Shown: positions 1-10,227, counted from the first letter of the stretch. The stretch is 64,000 nucleotides of DNA from Thermoprotei archaeon (GCA_003649205.1 QMRC01000009.1:1-64000), one strand, 5' to 3'. Translations and numbers: made by a program. The notes: a model not told the origin generated them from the letters alone.

Positions 1-380
1 AGGTACCTAGCTACTCTAATGGATTCTGGACTAATCTCAACTACTCTATCGTATATGACGACGTAGTGTTTTCTAGGTATTGGGTTACTGAGTATGTATA
101 CTGCTTCATTAACTGCTGCGTGTATTTGGAAGCAGTGTGGACTACCATCGATTGTAACTACCGTTATTGACTTTGGTTGACTACTCCTTATGATTGATGC
201 TATCTTCCCATAGAATGCTTGATTCTCATTCTCTGGACAGTGCTCTAGAACAACGTCGTGCTCCTCAAGTACTTTTCTGTAGAATGCCTCGTTGACGTGC
301 TTTAGACAAGCCGACACTATGGCTAATCTAGCTCCTTTTAGAGCTGGTGCCTTGACCCAGATCTCCATCAACTTACTCAC
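1..380 (-). CDS. Putative Fe-S/ferredoxin-associated protein, runs off the window edge
   Basis: Manual translation from GTG 380: MSKLMEIWVKAPALKGARLAIVSACL...HCPE...VTIDGSPHCFQIH; Cys-spaced motifs; co-oriented just downstream of thiC. Confidence 0.6.
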   Translation of the reverse strand, partial: MSKLMEIWVKAPALKGARLAIVSACLKHVNEAFYRKVLEEHDVVLEHCPENENQAFYGKIASIIRSSQPKSITVVTIDGSPHCFQIHAAVNEAVYILSNPIPRKHYVVIYDRVVEISPESIRVARY

Positions 381-385
381 TACAG

Positions 386-1687
386 TCAAGGTAGGGACCC
401 ACCTCCAAGATACTTTGAGAGAATTAGGTATACACACAATTCACCACACATACTACACGGACCTGTAGCCTCTTCACCATATTGTTTACGTATTTGACTA
501 GCTCTCTCAGGGTCGATACTTAGCTTTATTACGCGTTCCCAATCAAGCTTAGCTCTAGCTATGGACATCTCTAGATCCCACTTCCTAGCTTTCTCACCTA
601 ATTTAACAATATCACCTATATGAGCACCAATCTTAGCAGCTATCAAGCCTTCTCTAACCTGTTCAGGTGTTGGTAGTGAGAGGTGTTCTGCTGGCGTTAC
701 ATAGCATATTAAGTCAGCACCCGCCGCAGCAGCTATCGCGGCTCCGACCGCAGATGCTATGTGGTCATAGCCTGCAGCTACATCAGTAGGTAATGGACCG
801 AGGACGTAGTATGGTGCTCCGTGACATAGCGATTTCTGTAGCTTAACATCAGCCTCTATCTTATCTAGAGGTACGTGTCCTGGTCCCTCAACCATTACCT
901 GAACACCCTTCTCCCAAGCTCTCTTAACTAACTCAGCGACATTCAGTAGCTCAGCTATCTGGAAGTAATCATGAGCATCGACTATAGCGCCGGGTCTCAG
1001 TGCATCACCTATACTTATCACAGCATCGTACTTAGCAAATAGCTCCAGTATGTAGTCCCAGTTCTTGTACAGTGGATTCTCCTCATCGTTATGTAGCATC
1101 CACGCAGCGAGTATAGCACCACCTCTACTCACTATACCAGCAATCCTACCAACTCTCTTCATCTTAAGCACGAGGTCTCTCGTTATACCTGCGTGTAGTG
1201 TCATGAAGTCAACTCCATCCTTAAGGTGCTTCTCTATGGTATTGAGCACATCATCTTCAGTCATGTGGACTCCAGCACCATGTCTCTTAGCAGCCTCTAT
1301 GAATGCCTGGTAGATAGGTACTGTACCGAAGGGTACTGGTGCAACTCTCATGAGCGTTCTCCTTATGGTGTCTAAGTCACCACCTGTACTCAAGTCCATG
1401 ATTGTGTCAGTACCGTACTTAACAGCTACCTTAGCCTTCTCAACCTCCATATCGAGATTGACGACTAGAGTCGATGTACCGACATTGACGTTGACCTTAG
1501 TGCTCAGACCTTCACCAACACCAACAATCTTAACCTCTCCTCTCCTCTCAACATTCCTCGGAACAATAACTACACCACGAGCAACCCTATCTCTAAGCTT
1601 CTCAGGACTAATACCCTCAATCTCAGCAACCTTCCTCACAACATCGGGAACTGAACCACTCCTAGCAATCCTCATGACAGTAGTCAC
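386..1687 (-). CDS. thiC: Phosphomethylpyrimidine synthase ThiC
   Basis: [51 protein letters not shown] motifs; start moved to GTG 1687 (ORF track extends to 1750). Confidence 0.96.
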   Translation of the reverse strand: MTTVMRIARSGSVPDVVRKVAEIEGISPEKLRDRVARGVVIVPRNVERRGEVKIVGVGEGLSTKVNVNVGTSTLVVNLDMEVEKAKVAVKYGTDTIMDLSTGGDLDTIRRTLMRVAPVPFGTVPIYQAFIEAAKRHGAGVHMTEDDVLNTIEKHLKDGVDFMTLHAGITRDLVLKMKRVGRIAGIVSRGGAILAAWMLHNDEENPLYKNWDYILELFAKYDAVISIGDALRPGAIVDAHDYFQIAELLNVAELVKRAWEKGVQVMVEGPGHVPLDKIEADVKLQKSLCHGAPYYVLGPLPTDVAAGYDHIASAVGAAIAAAAGADLICYVTPAEHLSLPTPEQVREGLIAAKIGAHIGDIVKLGEKARKWDLEMSIARAKLDWERVIKLSIDPERASQIRKQYGEEATGPCSMCGELCVYLILSKYLGGGSLP

Positions 1688-1792
1688 GAAGTACCACCGC
1701 ACGAAAAGTACCGTACTAAACTTTAAACTTTGTAGTTTGTACCAGAGCAACCTTCACTCAACCTTATAACCCCTCACACCACTAGTCATCTC

Positions 1793-1844
1793 GGTGATGA
1801 GTACTCCCCAGCATGATAGATGAAGAGAATTCCTTTAGCTGACC
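1793..1844 (+). ncRNA. C/D box sRNA, both guides likely target 16S rRNA
   Basis: C GTGATGA - GTACTCCCCAGC - D' ATGA - C' ATGAAGA - GAATTCCTTTAG - D CTGA; guides complement conserved 16S CTGGGGAGTAC and TAAAGGAATT. Confidence 0.88.
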
Positions 1845-1928
1845 CATAAATAGTGCTAATCACAGTCTACTCCTCACCTAGTGGGAATTTGAATACGTAA
1901 AGAAGTTATAAAGCTGTGGGGGTTCTCA

Positions 1929-2156
1929 ATGTCTCCTCCACTTTTAGTCACTACTGGAATGTACGTAGGTCTCATAGCGGGTGTAGTAGGTACTGTGCTC
2001 CTCCTAATCTTTAGGAGAAAGCTCATTGAAAAGATGAGGTTATCCTACTGGGCTTCTCTATCTATGCTTTCATTACCTCTCCTTCTCCTACTGCAGTATG
2101 AAGCTAAGCTAATGTACGTACTTGGATTACCGATATCGTACTTCTTCGGTATTTGA
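1929..2156 (+). CDS. Small hydrophobic membrane protein
   Basis: 75 aa with 2-3 hydrophobic segments; TTATAAA about 20 bp upstream. Confidence 0.45.
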   Translation: MSPPLLVTTGMYVGLIAGVVGTVLLLIFRRKLIEKMRLSYWASLSMLSLPLLLLLQYEAKLMYVLGLPISYFFGI

Positions 2157-2170
2157 TATATTCCTCCTAA

Positions 2171-2845
2171 TTGTGGTGGTGTTGCATGAGTTCAGTTGAT
2201 TACTGGTCATGTATACAGGTCTCTAACCGTGTTGTCCTTGATGTTGGCATTGGGAATTCAACTAGGAAGGTTCTTGATCTTGGTGCTAAGTACGTTGTTG
2301 GTCTCGATGTTGATCGTCGTAAGATTAGGGGTTCTATACGTGATGTGAGGCTTGATTTAGTTCTTGGTGATTGCTCTCGATTACCATTTAGGTGTGATGT
2401 ATTTGAACTTGTTCTCTTTCACTTTACTCTACATGAGGTAGCTCCGTATCTGCATGAGGATACTATACGTGAAGCTGGTAGAGTTGGTCGTGGGGTTGCT
2501 ATTGTTGAGATACTACCTGATGATCGTGGTGCGTATGGTCTCTATGCTAGGTTGTGGCATGAAGCGATGCACAGTGTTGGTAGGTATGAGGATTATAGGG
2601 ATGTTGATTACTGGGTGTCTTTGGTTGAGAGATGTGGTTTGAGAGTTGAGTTAGTTCGTGTACTTCCTGGTTCTATGGTTTCTCTTAGTGAGTTGGAGAA
2701 GGTCATCGAGAATGATATTGTTGAGTGGAGGAGGTTAGGTGTGTCTGAGGTGTATGTGCAGGAACTTCGTAGAGTTCTCGAGTGTGCTAGGGTTTGTGGT
2801 TTTCGTTGGTCTAATACTGTTCTTGTTGTTGGTGTGAGGATGTAG
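2171..2845 (+). CDS. Class I SAM-dependent methyltransferase
   Basis: VLDVGIGNS motif I, GLDVD, GDCSRLPF; start probably ATG 2186. Confidence 0.85.
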   Translation: MWWCCMSSVDYWSCIQVSNRVVLDVGIGNSTRKVLDLGAKYVVGLDVDRRKIRGSIRDVRLDLVLGDCSRLPFRCDVFELVLFHFTLHEVAPYLHEDTIREAGRVGRGVAIVEILPDDRGAYGLYARLWHEAMHSVGRYEDYRDVDYWVSLVERCGLRVELVRVLPGSMVSLSELEKVIENDIVEWRRLGVSEVYVQELRRVLECARVCGFRWSNTVLVVGVRM

Positions 2846-2864
2846 TCAGTATCGGGGTAGTTCT

Positions 2865-3668
2865 TCATCCTGGTGTCCGTTGCTGAGGCGCCATCATCAC
2901 TTCCAGTACCTTGTCCCAGAACCTCCGTATCTCTCTAGCTACTTCTGTGTTAAGTAGTTTATCTGGTGATCCTATTGCGTTCTCGAGCTCACTATCGTAC
3001 GGTAGTGTAGCCACGTTTTCAATACCCCACTTACGTACTTCTTCCTCAACAGCTTTAATCTCATTTATGTTTCTCACCATGTTGATTACGAGACCTAGGG
3101 TAGGTACGTTTAGTTTTTTCAGTACCTCCCACAACTTCCTGACACCTGCTATCGATAGCCTTGAGGGTGTTGTAACTAGTATCGTCTTGAGCTTGTGTTT
3201 GAGTAATCTAGCTACTTCCAGTACCTCATCACTTGTTCCTGGTGGTAAGTCGATTAGTAGTAGATCGAGTTTGCTCCAACGTGTTATAGCTAGGATCTCT
3301 ATCATTGCATTGACTATGTCTACTCCTCTCATCGGTACCTCTTTATCACCTACGAACATTGCTATGGACATGAACTCTACACCGTATACCTTCGGCGGTA
3401 CGAGACCGTACTCTTCTCTAGGTTTAGCATCTTGAGCACCGAGAACTATGTGGCATGCCGGACAATTGAAGTCTAGATCGAGTAAACCAACTCTAAGCCC
3501 TCTTTTTGACAGTACTAGTGCACTCAAGGTAGCTAACGTGGTCTTGCCGACACCCCCCTTACCACTCGCTATAGCAACTACATTACCTACGTGTTCTACC
3601 CTATGTCGAATAATTGCTACTCTAGGATCTAGGTACTTGACTTCTCTAGGAGTATCGACTTCAGGCAA
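2865..3668 (-). CDS. Mrp/MinD-family ATPase (ATPase-type HypB-like, by adjacency to hypA)
   Basis: ASGKGGVGKTT, LDLDF, IDLPPGTSD; overlaps hypA as in Thermococcales hypA/Mrp-type hypB pairs. Confidence 0.85.
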   Translation of the reverse strand: MPEVDTPREVKYLDPRVAIIRHRVEHVGNVVAIASGKGGVGKTTLATLSALVLSKRGLRVGLLDLDFNCPACHIVLGAQDAKPREEYGLVPPKVYGVEFMSIAMFVGDKEVPMRGVDIVNAMIEILAITRWSKLDLLLIDLPPGTSDEVLEVARLLKHKLKTILVTTPSRLSIAGVRKLWEVLKKLNVPTLGLVINMVRNINEIKAVEEEVRKWGIENVATLPYDSELENAIGSPDKLLNTEVAREIRRFWDKVLEVMMAPQQRTPG

Positions 3669-4048
3669 ACTCCTCTACCTCTAACAATCTCGTAGTCAGG
3701 GGATCCACATCTAGGGCATTGAATGAATGTGTGTACTATATCAGGTACGAAGTGAATAGCTTCTCTAGTAGCTTCATCCAGCTTCTTACGCACATCACTT
3801 AACTTCCAAGTGAAACCACATGAACGGCATCTGAACTCAGCTTCAGTAACCTCTACTCTAAACAATACATCCTCTAAGCCCAGGGATTTCGCTAACTCTT
3901 TCAGAGCAAACTTCAGTACCTCGAGATCTATACCCTGTAACTCACCAACCTCAATAACTACCTCCTTTATCTTGTGATCACTATACTTCTTAGTCACATC
4001 GAGTAGTGAGTACAGTACTGCCTCTGCAAGAGCCCACTCATGAACCAC
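3629..4048 (-). CDS. hypA: Hydrogenase nickel incorporation protein HypA
   Basis: MVHEWALA N-terminus, CRSC...CPRC zinc site, GRG. Confidence 0.93.
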   Translation of the reverse strand: MVHEWALAEAVLYSLLDVTKKYSDHKIKEVVIEVGELQGIDLEVLKFALKELAKSLGLEDVLFRVEVTEAEFRCRSCGFTWKLSDVRKKLDEATREAIHFVPDIVHTFIQCPRCGSPDYEIVRGRGVCLKSILLEKSST

Positions 4049-4060
4049 ATTACTGTAGTT

Positions 4061-4447
4061 CTACTTAAGGTAGTTTAAGTTTTTCCACAGAAACTCAACG
4101 ACTTTACTTCTGTCCTTAGTGAGGAAGATGTAGAGTTCGAGTACTAAGAGTACGTGCTTGCACAGTGCCTTCCTAAATTTATGGTGTGGACAACCGCAGC
4201 TAAATTCTCCAGTTCGTAGGTTTATGTAAACCCTGTACTCACCAGTCTTACCCTTCACGAAAGCATCAACGTGGTCTTGACTTAGTTCAACAACCTTAAA
4301 TCTCCCCTGATTTAGGTACACCATGAAGTCAACTAACTTCCTGTAAATAGCTCTACTCTGTACTGGTAAACCTAGCTCAGCTAGTATCTCAGGTACCTCA
4401 AGTCTTCTCTTCAGCTGTACATAGGCATTCAGTGTATTCAGCACCAT
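4061..4447 (-). CDS. SWIM zinc-finger protein
   Basis: FSCGCPHHKFRKALCKHV (CxC...CxH). Confidence 0.8.
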   Translation of the reverse strand: MVLNTLNAYVQLKRRLEVPEILAELGLPVQSRAIYRKLVDFMVYLNQGRFKVVELSQDHVDAFVKGKTGEYRVYINLRTGEFSCGCPHHKFRKALCKHVLLVLELYIFLTKDRSKVVEFLWKNLNYLK

Positions 4448-4503
4448 GTTAGGTAGTGCCTAAGGGAGAACCACTTAATAAACTCTGCTTCACTTAACTT
4501 ACT

Positions 4504-4558
4504 CAGTGATGAGGGTCGTCAGGGCTGAAGTAGTGATGTAGCTGTCGCCTCACTGATT
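4504..4558 (+). ncRNA. C/D box sRNA, targets not identified
   Basis: C GTGATGA 4506, GGGTCGTCAGGG, D' CTGA, C' GTGATGT, AGCTGTCGCCTCA, D CTGA 4553; intergenic with AT-rich box upstream. Confidence 0.8.
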
Positions 4559-4630
4559 GTCAGCAAACTTACAGAACTTGAATAGAGAGATGTCTAACAC
4601 TTAAATAGTTAAGGTAGAGAGTCTTGACTT

Positions 4631-5011
4631 GTGTGGATTGCAGTCATAGTTGATGACACGGTTAATGTAGCTGAGTTAGGTACTGAGTTCCGTGATGTAT
4701 TTACTAAGGCACTGTCAGATGGAGTGAAGGGTGTGCTGCTGTACTTAGTTGGTGGGTACTCACTGTCTAAGGTGCTACCAGCTATTAGAGATGTCTTACT
4801 GAACAATGTAGCTCTTGGAGTTGTGATGTACGTGATTGACCAGGATACGGCCCTAAATGTCGTTCGAGAAGCAATTGATAGGTCTGCTCGTGATCTTATT
4901 AAGGAGTTTATAGTCATTACATCCTCCTCTAACTCTCCTGTCTACAGAATTGCCGATTTTATTAGGTCTTCGTTACCGAATGCTAAGGTTGTTGTTAAGG
5001 TGAAAGCATGA
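4631..5011 (+). CDS. Hypothetical protein
   Basis: 126 aa ORF with ATGA overlap to the downstream radical SAM gene. Confidence 0.65.
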   Translation: MWIAVIVDDTVNVAELGTEFRDVFTKALSDGVKGVLLYLVGGYSLSKVLPAIRDVLLNNVALGVVMYVIDQDTALNVVREAIDRSARDLIKEFIVITSSSNSPVYRIADFIRSSLPNAKVVVKVKA

Positions 5012-6564
5012 AGTTAGACTTCGTAATTACTGTGGATAGGACCTTGATGACAAATCACCATGGTAGGGAATTTCTCGGTTTCATGACTACGAGCCCAGCT
5101 GTTGGTCTTCCAGAGTTTCTCTGGATGTGGATCTGTGCACCTAAACCTAAATGTGATAAATTTGGTAGACCCGTAGAAGCTCCATATGGTTTGAGGAAGA
5201 TAGAGGCCGCACTTGTGGGGGCAGGTTTCAAAGCTGCTATTATAGATCCCGATTACCTAGACAAGTACGTGGATGACTGCCTTGCTGTACTCATTGGTCA
5301 CCATGATTTCTTCGCTTTCTGTGCACCAAGTAATGTCTGGTGGGCAGTAACTAAGAGGGAACCCGTCAATAGGAAGTACTTCATGAAGTTGATGGAGAGT
5401 CCAGCAATGAGGAGATTGAAGAAGAGGGGTGGTAAGATAGTTGTTGGTGGTCCTGCTGCATGGCAGTGGCTTCACGTTGAGGATCTATGGGAGAGGTGGG
5501 GTGTTGACTGTGTTATTGATGGTGAAGCTGAGAAGGTTATTGTCGATATTGCTCAGAAGATTATTGAGGGTGAACCTCTACCTAAGTACATCTATGTTTC
5601 ACCGAGGGATAGTCCATCAATTGATGAAATACCGACTATAGTTGGTGCTAGTGTCAATGGTCTTATTGAAATTATGAGGGGTTGCCCGAGAGGTTGTAAG
5701 TTTTGTAGCGTTACTCTACGACCACTTAGGTTCATTCCACTTAGCAAGATAGAGGAGGAGATCAAGGTCAACGTAGGAGCTGGTGTTAGACACATACTAT
5801 ATCACTCCGAGGACGTTCTGCTCTATGGTGCTGATGGTATTAAACCGCGTGAAGAACCTCTAATGAAGCTACATAAGCTAGCTATCAAGTTCGTTAAGGA
5901 AGGTAAGGCAGAGTCTATTGGTTGGTCTCATGTAGCTCTTTCAACTGTAGTGTATGCTGAACGTGAGGGTAAGCTAGTAAGTAAGATTACTCAACTTATC
6001 TATAGTGAGACAGATCAGGACTGGATTGGTGTTCAGACAGGTATAGAGACAGGATCACCTAGGTTATCTAAGATAATTATGCCAGGTAAGTCAGCACCAT
6101 ACCCACCGGAGAAGTGGTCTGAAATTGTTGAGGAAGCTTTCGCTATAATGGCTGAGAACAGGATAGTACCAGCAGCTACGATAATACTTAATCTACCTGA
6201 AGAAACACCTGAGGACTGTATGAAGACTCTTGAGCTAATCGATAGGTTGAGGGATTACCCAAGCCTCATCGTACCAATGTACTTTGTACCAATGGGTGTA
6301 CTGAAGAGTAAGGAAGAACTCCTTAAATTCAGGATAAAGCCGGAGCATGTCGAAGTTATGTGGAAGTGTTTAGAGCACTCACTTAAATGGGCTCCAAAGC
6401 TCACAGATCTCTACCTGAAGGATCCAGCACTCTACCCAGTTAAACTAGGTATCAAGTTATTCCTGAAGTTTATTGAGTGGAAGAAGAAAGGCCTTGAGAG
6501 AAAGGTAAAGGAGTACATTATGAGGGCAGCTGAAGGCGTTTTTGAGCATAGGCCAAAGTCATAG
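5008..6564 (+). CDS. B12-binding radical SAM protein, probable GDGT ring synthase (GrsA/B family)
   Basis: RGCPRGCKFC; N-terminal DRTLMTNHHGREFLGF...APYGLRKIEA resembles the Sulfolobus Grs family as I recall it. Confidence 0.7.
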   Translation: MKLDFVITVDRTLMTNHHGREFLGFMTTSPAVGLPEFLWMWICAPKPKCDKFGRPVEAPYGLRKIEAALVGAGFKAAIIDPDYLDKYVDDCLAVLIGHHDFFAFCAPSNVWWAVTKREPVNRKYFMKLMESPAMRRLKKRGGKIVVGGPAAWQWLHVEDLWERWGVDCVIDGEAEKVIVDIAQKIIEGEPLPKYIYVSPRDSPSIDEIPTIVGASVNGLIEIMRGCPRGCKFCSVTLRPLRFIPLSKIEEEIKVNVGAGVRHILYHSEDVLLYGADGIKPREEPLMKLHKLAIKFVKEGKAESIGWSHVALSTVVYAEREGKLVSKITQLIYSETDQDWIGVQTGIETGSPRLSKIIMPGKSAPYPPEKWSEIVEEAFAIMAENRIVPAATIILNLPEETPEDCMKTLELIDRLRDYPSLIVPMYFVPMGVLKSKEELLKFRIKPEHVEVMWKCLEHSLKWAPKLTDLYLKDPALYPVKLGIKLFLKFIEWKKKGLERKVKEYIMRAAEGVFEHRPKS

Positions 6565-6566
6565 CG

Positions 6567-7997
6567 TCAAATACTGAAGACCTTACCTATTCTACTTACT
6601 ATAACTAATTTGATGTAATTACTTAATTCCTTGAATACTCCATAGAATGCTTTCCACAGTATTTTCATTTCGGCTTTACCACGTCTCTTAAGTATCTTGG
6701 CTATGAAGTTGAAACTACCGTAGAATGCTATGTAGGCTTTTGCTAGGGCTTTAGCTAAATCCCTAGCACTAAGGTAGAATGTCTTCATTACTGGATGTAG
6801 TGTATCGTAGTGCTCTAGATTCCAATCGACAATTAGGTTGTTTTTCCTTGCAAATTCCCATAGATAGGTTCCAGGGTACGGCGTAAGTAGTGTGAACTGT
6901 GCGTAGTCTGGATTTAGTTTCTTGGCGAACTCAATGGTCTTCCCTATGGTGTACCAGTTATCGTATGGTGCTCCTAGTATAAATGACGTTACGGTGATGA
7001 ACCCTAGGTCCTTACACATCTTCAGTACCTCTGGTACCTTCTCAAGACGAATACCTTTACCATACCAATCAACTATTTCCTGGCAACCACTTTCGACTCC
7101 GAAGTAGATTGTGGCGCATCCTGCTTCTCTGAGCTTTACCAAGGTCTCGTGATCTACTGTATCGACTCTACTTGAACAAGCCCACGTTACCTCGAGTCCC
7201 CTCTCAATTATTTCCTCAGCTATCCTCTTAGCTCTCCTCCTATCTAGTGTAAATATGTCATCGATGATACCGAATTGTCTTATACCAAATCTCCTGTAGA
7301 GGTACTCCACTTCATCAACAACATTCTTTGGTGACCTAGCTCTGTACTTCTTACCAAATAATTTTGAGGACGAGCAGAATACACAGGAGTAAGGACAGCC
7401 TCTACTAGTTAATATTGGTACAGCGACTTCACCTGCAACACCGTACTTAGCTAGATCAAGTAGATCCCATGCAGGAAAAGGTAACTTGTCAAGATCCGTA
7501 ATAGGTTCTCTATCAGGATTAACAAACACTTCTCCTCGAATTCTAAATGTGATACCACGTATTTCCCTAAGTGGTATTTCACCGAAGAAGTAGTGAGTAC
7601 ATAGCTCCTTAAACGTAATCTCTCCCTCACCACGGACGATGACATCTACCTCTGGTACCTCCTCCATAACCTCTAGGTGAGTGAAGGTAACATGAGGACC
7701 ACCCATGATAGTGACTGTGTTCGGTTTAACCCTCTTAACGTACTTAATGAGCGATATTGCCCTAGGATAGGAAGGTGTTGTACAGGTAACACCAAGGATG
7801 AGGGGGTCCTCTCTTGAGATTATTTCAACAGCATCATCTATACTTAACTTCTCCACATTCATGTCCAATATTCGAACCTTAAGTCCTAGGTCTCTAGCTA
7901 CTGCAGCTAGATATGCAAGTCCAAGTGGTGGTGCAGAACCTACGTACTTTTGGACAGCAGATGGGTATGGAGGATTCACCAGTATGATGTCAACCAC
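6567..7997 (-). CDS. B12-binding radical SAM protein (class B methyltransferase-like)
   Basis: PPLGLAYLAA, GGPHVT, RGEGE, SRGCPYSCVFC, GVESG, TPYPGT. Confidence 0.9.
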   Translation of the reverse strand: MVDIILVNPPYPSAVQKYVGSAPPLGLAYLAAVARDLGLKVRILDMNVEKLSIDDAVEIISREDPLILGVTCTTPSYPRAISLIKYVKRVKPNTVTIMGGPHVTFTHLEVMEEVPEVDVIVRGEGEITFKELCTHYFFGEIPLREIRGITFRIRGEVFVNPDREPITDLDKLPFPAWDLLDLAKYGVAGEVAVPILTSRGCPYSCVFCSSSKLFGKKYRARSPKNVVDEVEYLYRRFGIRQFGIIDDIFTLDRRRAKRIAEEIIERGLEVTWACSSRVDTVDHETLVKLREAGCATIYFGVESGCQEIVDWYGKGIRLEKVPEVLKMCKDLGFITVTSFILGAPYDNWYTIGKTIEFAKKLNPDYAQFTLLTPYPGTYLWEFARKNNLIVDWNLEHYDTLHPVMKTFYLSARDLAKALAKAYIAFYGSFNFIAKILKRRGKAEMKILWKAFYGVFKELSNYIKLVIVSRIGKVFSI

Positions 7998-8110
7998 TAT
8001 GAATCCCCATGGATGGAGTATCCTACATAACTAATACGGATTTCTCATCAGGAGGATCGTGACTAAGTACACAGAAGAAATATATCGTGGAATTACTCAT
8101 GTTAAACGTA

Positions 8111-8180
8111 GCCCCCACCCGCGATAGCTCCCGCGTCACGGGAGTAGATGAAACGGGTGGGCTTGCCCCCCGCTTCCTAC
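8111..8180 (+). ncRNA. Atypical H/ACA-like guide RNA (K-turn-like hairpin, single 3' guide, no ACA)
   Basis: Stems 8114-8121/8154-8161 and 8127-8133/8139-8145 with CGA/AUGA internal loop; tail CTTGCCCCCCGCTT complements crenarchaeal 16S AAGCGGGGGGCAAG. Confidence 0.65.
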
Positions 8181-9305
8181 TTAAATAACCTCAATTACGA
8201 ATCTACCATTCTCGTACACTAGATCACCATCAGCGTACACCTTACCTCTCTTCATATCTGCTATCAAATCAACGTGTATTGCCGATGTATTCCTACCTCC
8301 TGTCTCTGGGTATGCTGATCCAAGAGCTATGTGTACTGTTCCACCTATCTTCTCATCAAATAGTATGTTCCTGGTGAACTGGGTAATGTCGTAGTTCAGT
8401 CCAAAAGCTACCTCACCTATTCTCTTAGCTCCTTCATCAACCTGTAGGAGTTTCTCAATAACTTCCCTACCTTTCTCTGCTGTGTACTCAATTACTTGAC
8501 CTCTATGGAACTTAATACGTAGACCAATTATCTCATACCCACCCCACAAGACTGGGTAAGTAGCTGTGTACGTACCTTCTGCACTGTCCTCTATTGGTGC
8601 TGAGAACACCTCGCCACCTGGCATGTTCTTCTTTCCATCATCATTTATCCACGTTCTACCACTGACCTTTAGAGTTAGGTCCACGCCATCACCAATGAAC
8701 CTCAACTCATTCACCTTCATTAGAAAGTTCTTGATCTTCTCTTGGTACTCAGCTTGTTTTCTCCACTCATCAACTGGATCATCTTTATCTACCTTACAGG
8801 CTCTAAATACGAACTCCTCATAGTCTGTATACGACATCCCCGCTTCTTGAGCAAGTGCTGGAGTTGGAAATGCCGTTACACACCACCTCAATTTACCTTC
8901 AGAACTCCTCTTGAGAAAGATCTCAGTTAACGGTCTACGACCCTTAGCTAGTAGCTGTAGCTTTCTCGGATCAACTGTTACGAAGGGTTTGGTGTGTTGT
9001 GGTGCATCTACCTGTATCATGACATCGACATTCTCGAGAATTAGCTTGGATATCTTAGGTGTGTAGGTGAGTACTTCATCAGGTGCGTACCTTAGGAAGA
9101 CCTCTCGTGTAACTTCATCAGATAGGGATACGATAACTGGGTAACCACCTGAAGCGACGATGTACTTCACTAACTCCCTTATGAGTGGTACTGCTTGTAA
9201 ACCAGCTGATACAACTACCTCATCTCCCTTCCTAACTTCTGTTGAGTACTTGACGAGTACCTCCGCCAACTTAGATACTCTGGGATCAACCACGAGGATC
9301 ACCAC
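8181..9305 (-). CDS. Aminopeptidase, family M29
   Basis: NMPGGEVFSAP, GEVAFG, LFDEKIGGTVHIALG, SAIHVDL. Confidence 0.92.
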   Translation of the reverse strand: MVILVVDPRVSKLAEVLVKYSTEVRKGDEVVVSAGLQAVPLIRELVKYIVASGGYPVIVSLSDEVTREVFLRYAPDEVLTYTPKISKLILENVDVMIQVDAPQHTKPFVTVDPRKLQLLAKGRRPLTEIFLKRSSEGKLRWCVTAFPTPALAQEAGMSYTDYEEFVFRACKVDKDDPVDEWRKQAEYQEKIKNFLMKVNELRFIGDGVDLTLKVSGRTWINDDGKKNMPGGEVFSAPIEDSAEGTYTATYPVLWGGYEIIGLRIKFHRGQVIEYTAEKGREVIEKLLQVDEGAKRIGEVAFGLNYDITQFTRNILFDEKIGGTVHIALGSAYPETGGRNTSAIHVDLIADMKRGKVYADGDLVYENGRFVIEVI

Positions 9306-9428
9306 TCTACCTCACAAAAATTCACAAATATATAGATCGTTTCAGCTAGCACAGCTAGTTAAGGGCTCAACTACATACGTCAGGGAAATAGCAAAATGGC
9401 TATTAACAACTTGGTCTCGCGATGATGT

Positions 9429-10227
9429 ATGAACCAGAGAATTGTCTCACCAGAGGTTTTTGTTGAAGAGGCTCTCGCATACAGGTACGGTGGTAGGGTT
9501 AAGCTAGAGGACATAAGGTATAGTGACCTTGCATTACTCACGATACCTACCATCATCAAGGTACTGAGCGAGATTGTGCCCGGCATTAAGCAGGTTAGTG
9601 CTTGGTACCGAAGTACACTACCTTACTTGATTGAGGTATCAGGTAAGCGTCTACTCATTGTTGAAACTCTACCAGGTGCTCCTTCAGCAGCCGCCGTACT
9701 TGAGGAGTTAAAGGTGTGTGGTGTAAAGTAATGTCATCTATTGTGGTTATGTCGGTAGTCTATGTGATGATTTGAGGCCTGGTGATGTGGTTGTTGTTGA
9801 GGAAGCTATTGTGGATGAAGGGGTTTCGAGAATTTATAGACCAGGTGCAACGAGATCTTTTGCATCGAGGAAGTTGCTTAACATGGTGCGTGAGGTTCTT
9901 AACAAGCTCCATGCTGATTACAGGGTAGTTCGTGTGTGGACTACGGATGCTCCTTACATGGAGACAGTTGAGAGGGTTCAGTGGTTTAGGGATGTCTATG
10001 GGTGTAGTTGTGTCGATATGGAGACTTCAGCACTGTACACCGTAGGCACTTACCTAGGTCTTGAGGTATGTGCTGTTCACCTGGTTAGTGATCAAGTTAC
10101 TGAACGTGGTTGGTACGTATTATTCTTCAAGGAGGAATTTAAAGAGATGAGAAGGAGGTTCTGTGAAATCCTCCGTAATCTATGTGTTGAGCTGTTGACT
10201 AGGTTTAAGTCCCTTTCTGCCCTCTAG
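9429..10227 (+). pseudogene. Nucleoside phosphorylase (PNP/UDP family), single frameshift near 9728
   Basis: ORF 9429-9731 (GAPSAAAVLEEL) continues in a shifted frame as NVIYCGYVGSL then LRPGD...WTTDAPYMET...VDMETSA...VSD. Confidence 0.8.

Noticed and set aside
1690-1860. TPP riboswitch upstream of thiC
   Set aside because: No TPP aptamer core recognised; the structured element is a C/D sRNA on the opposite strand.
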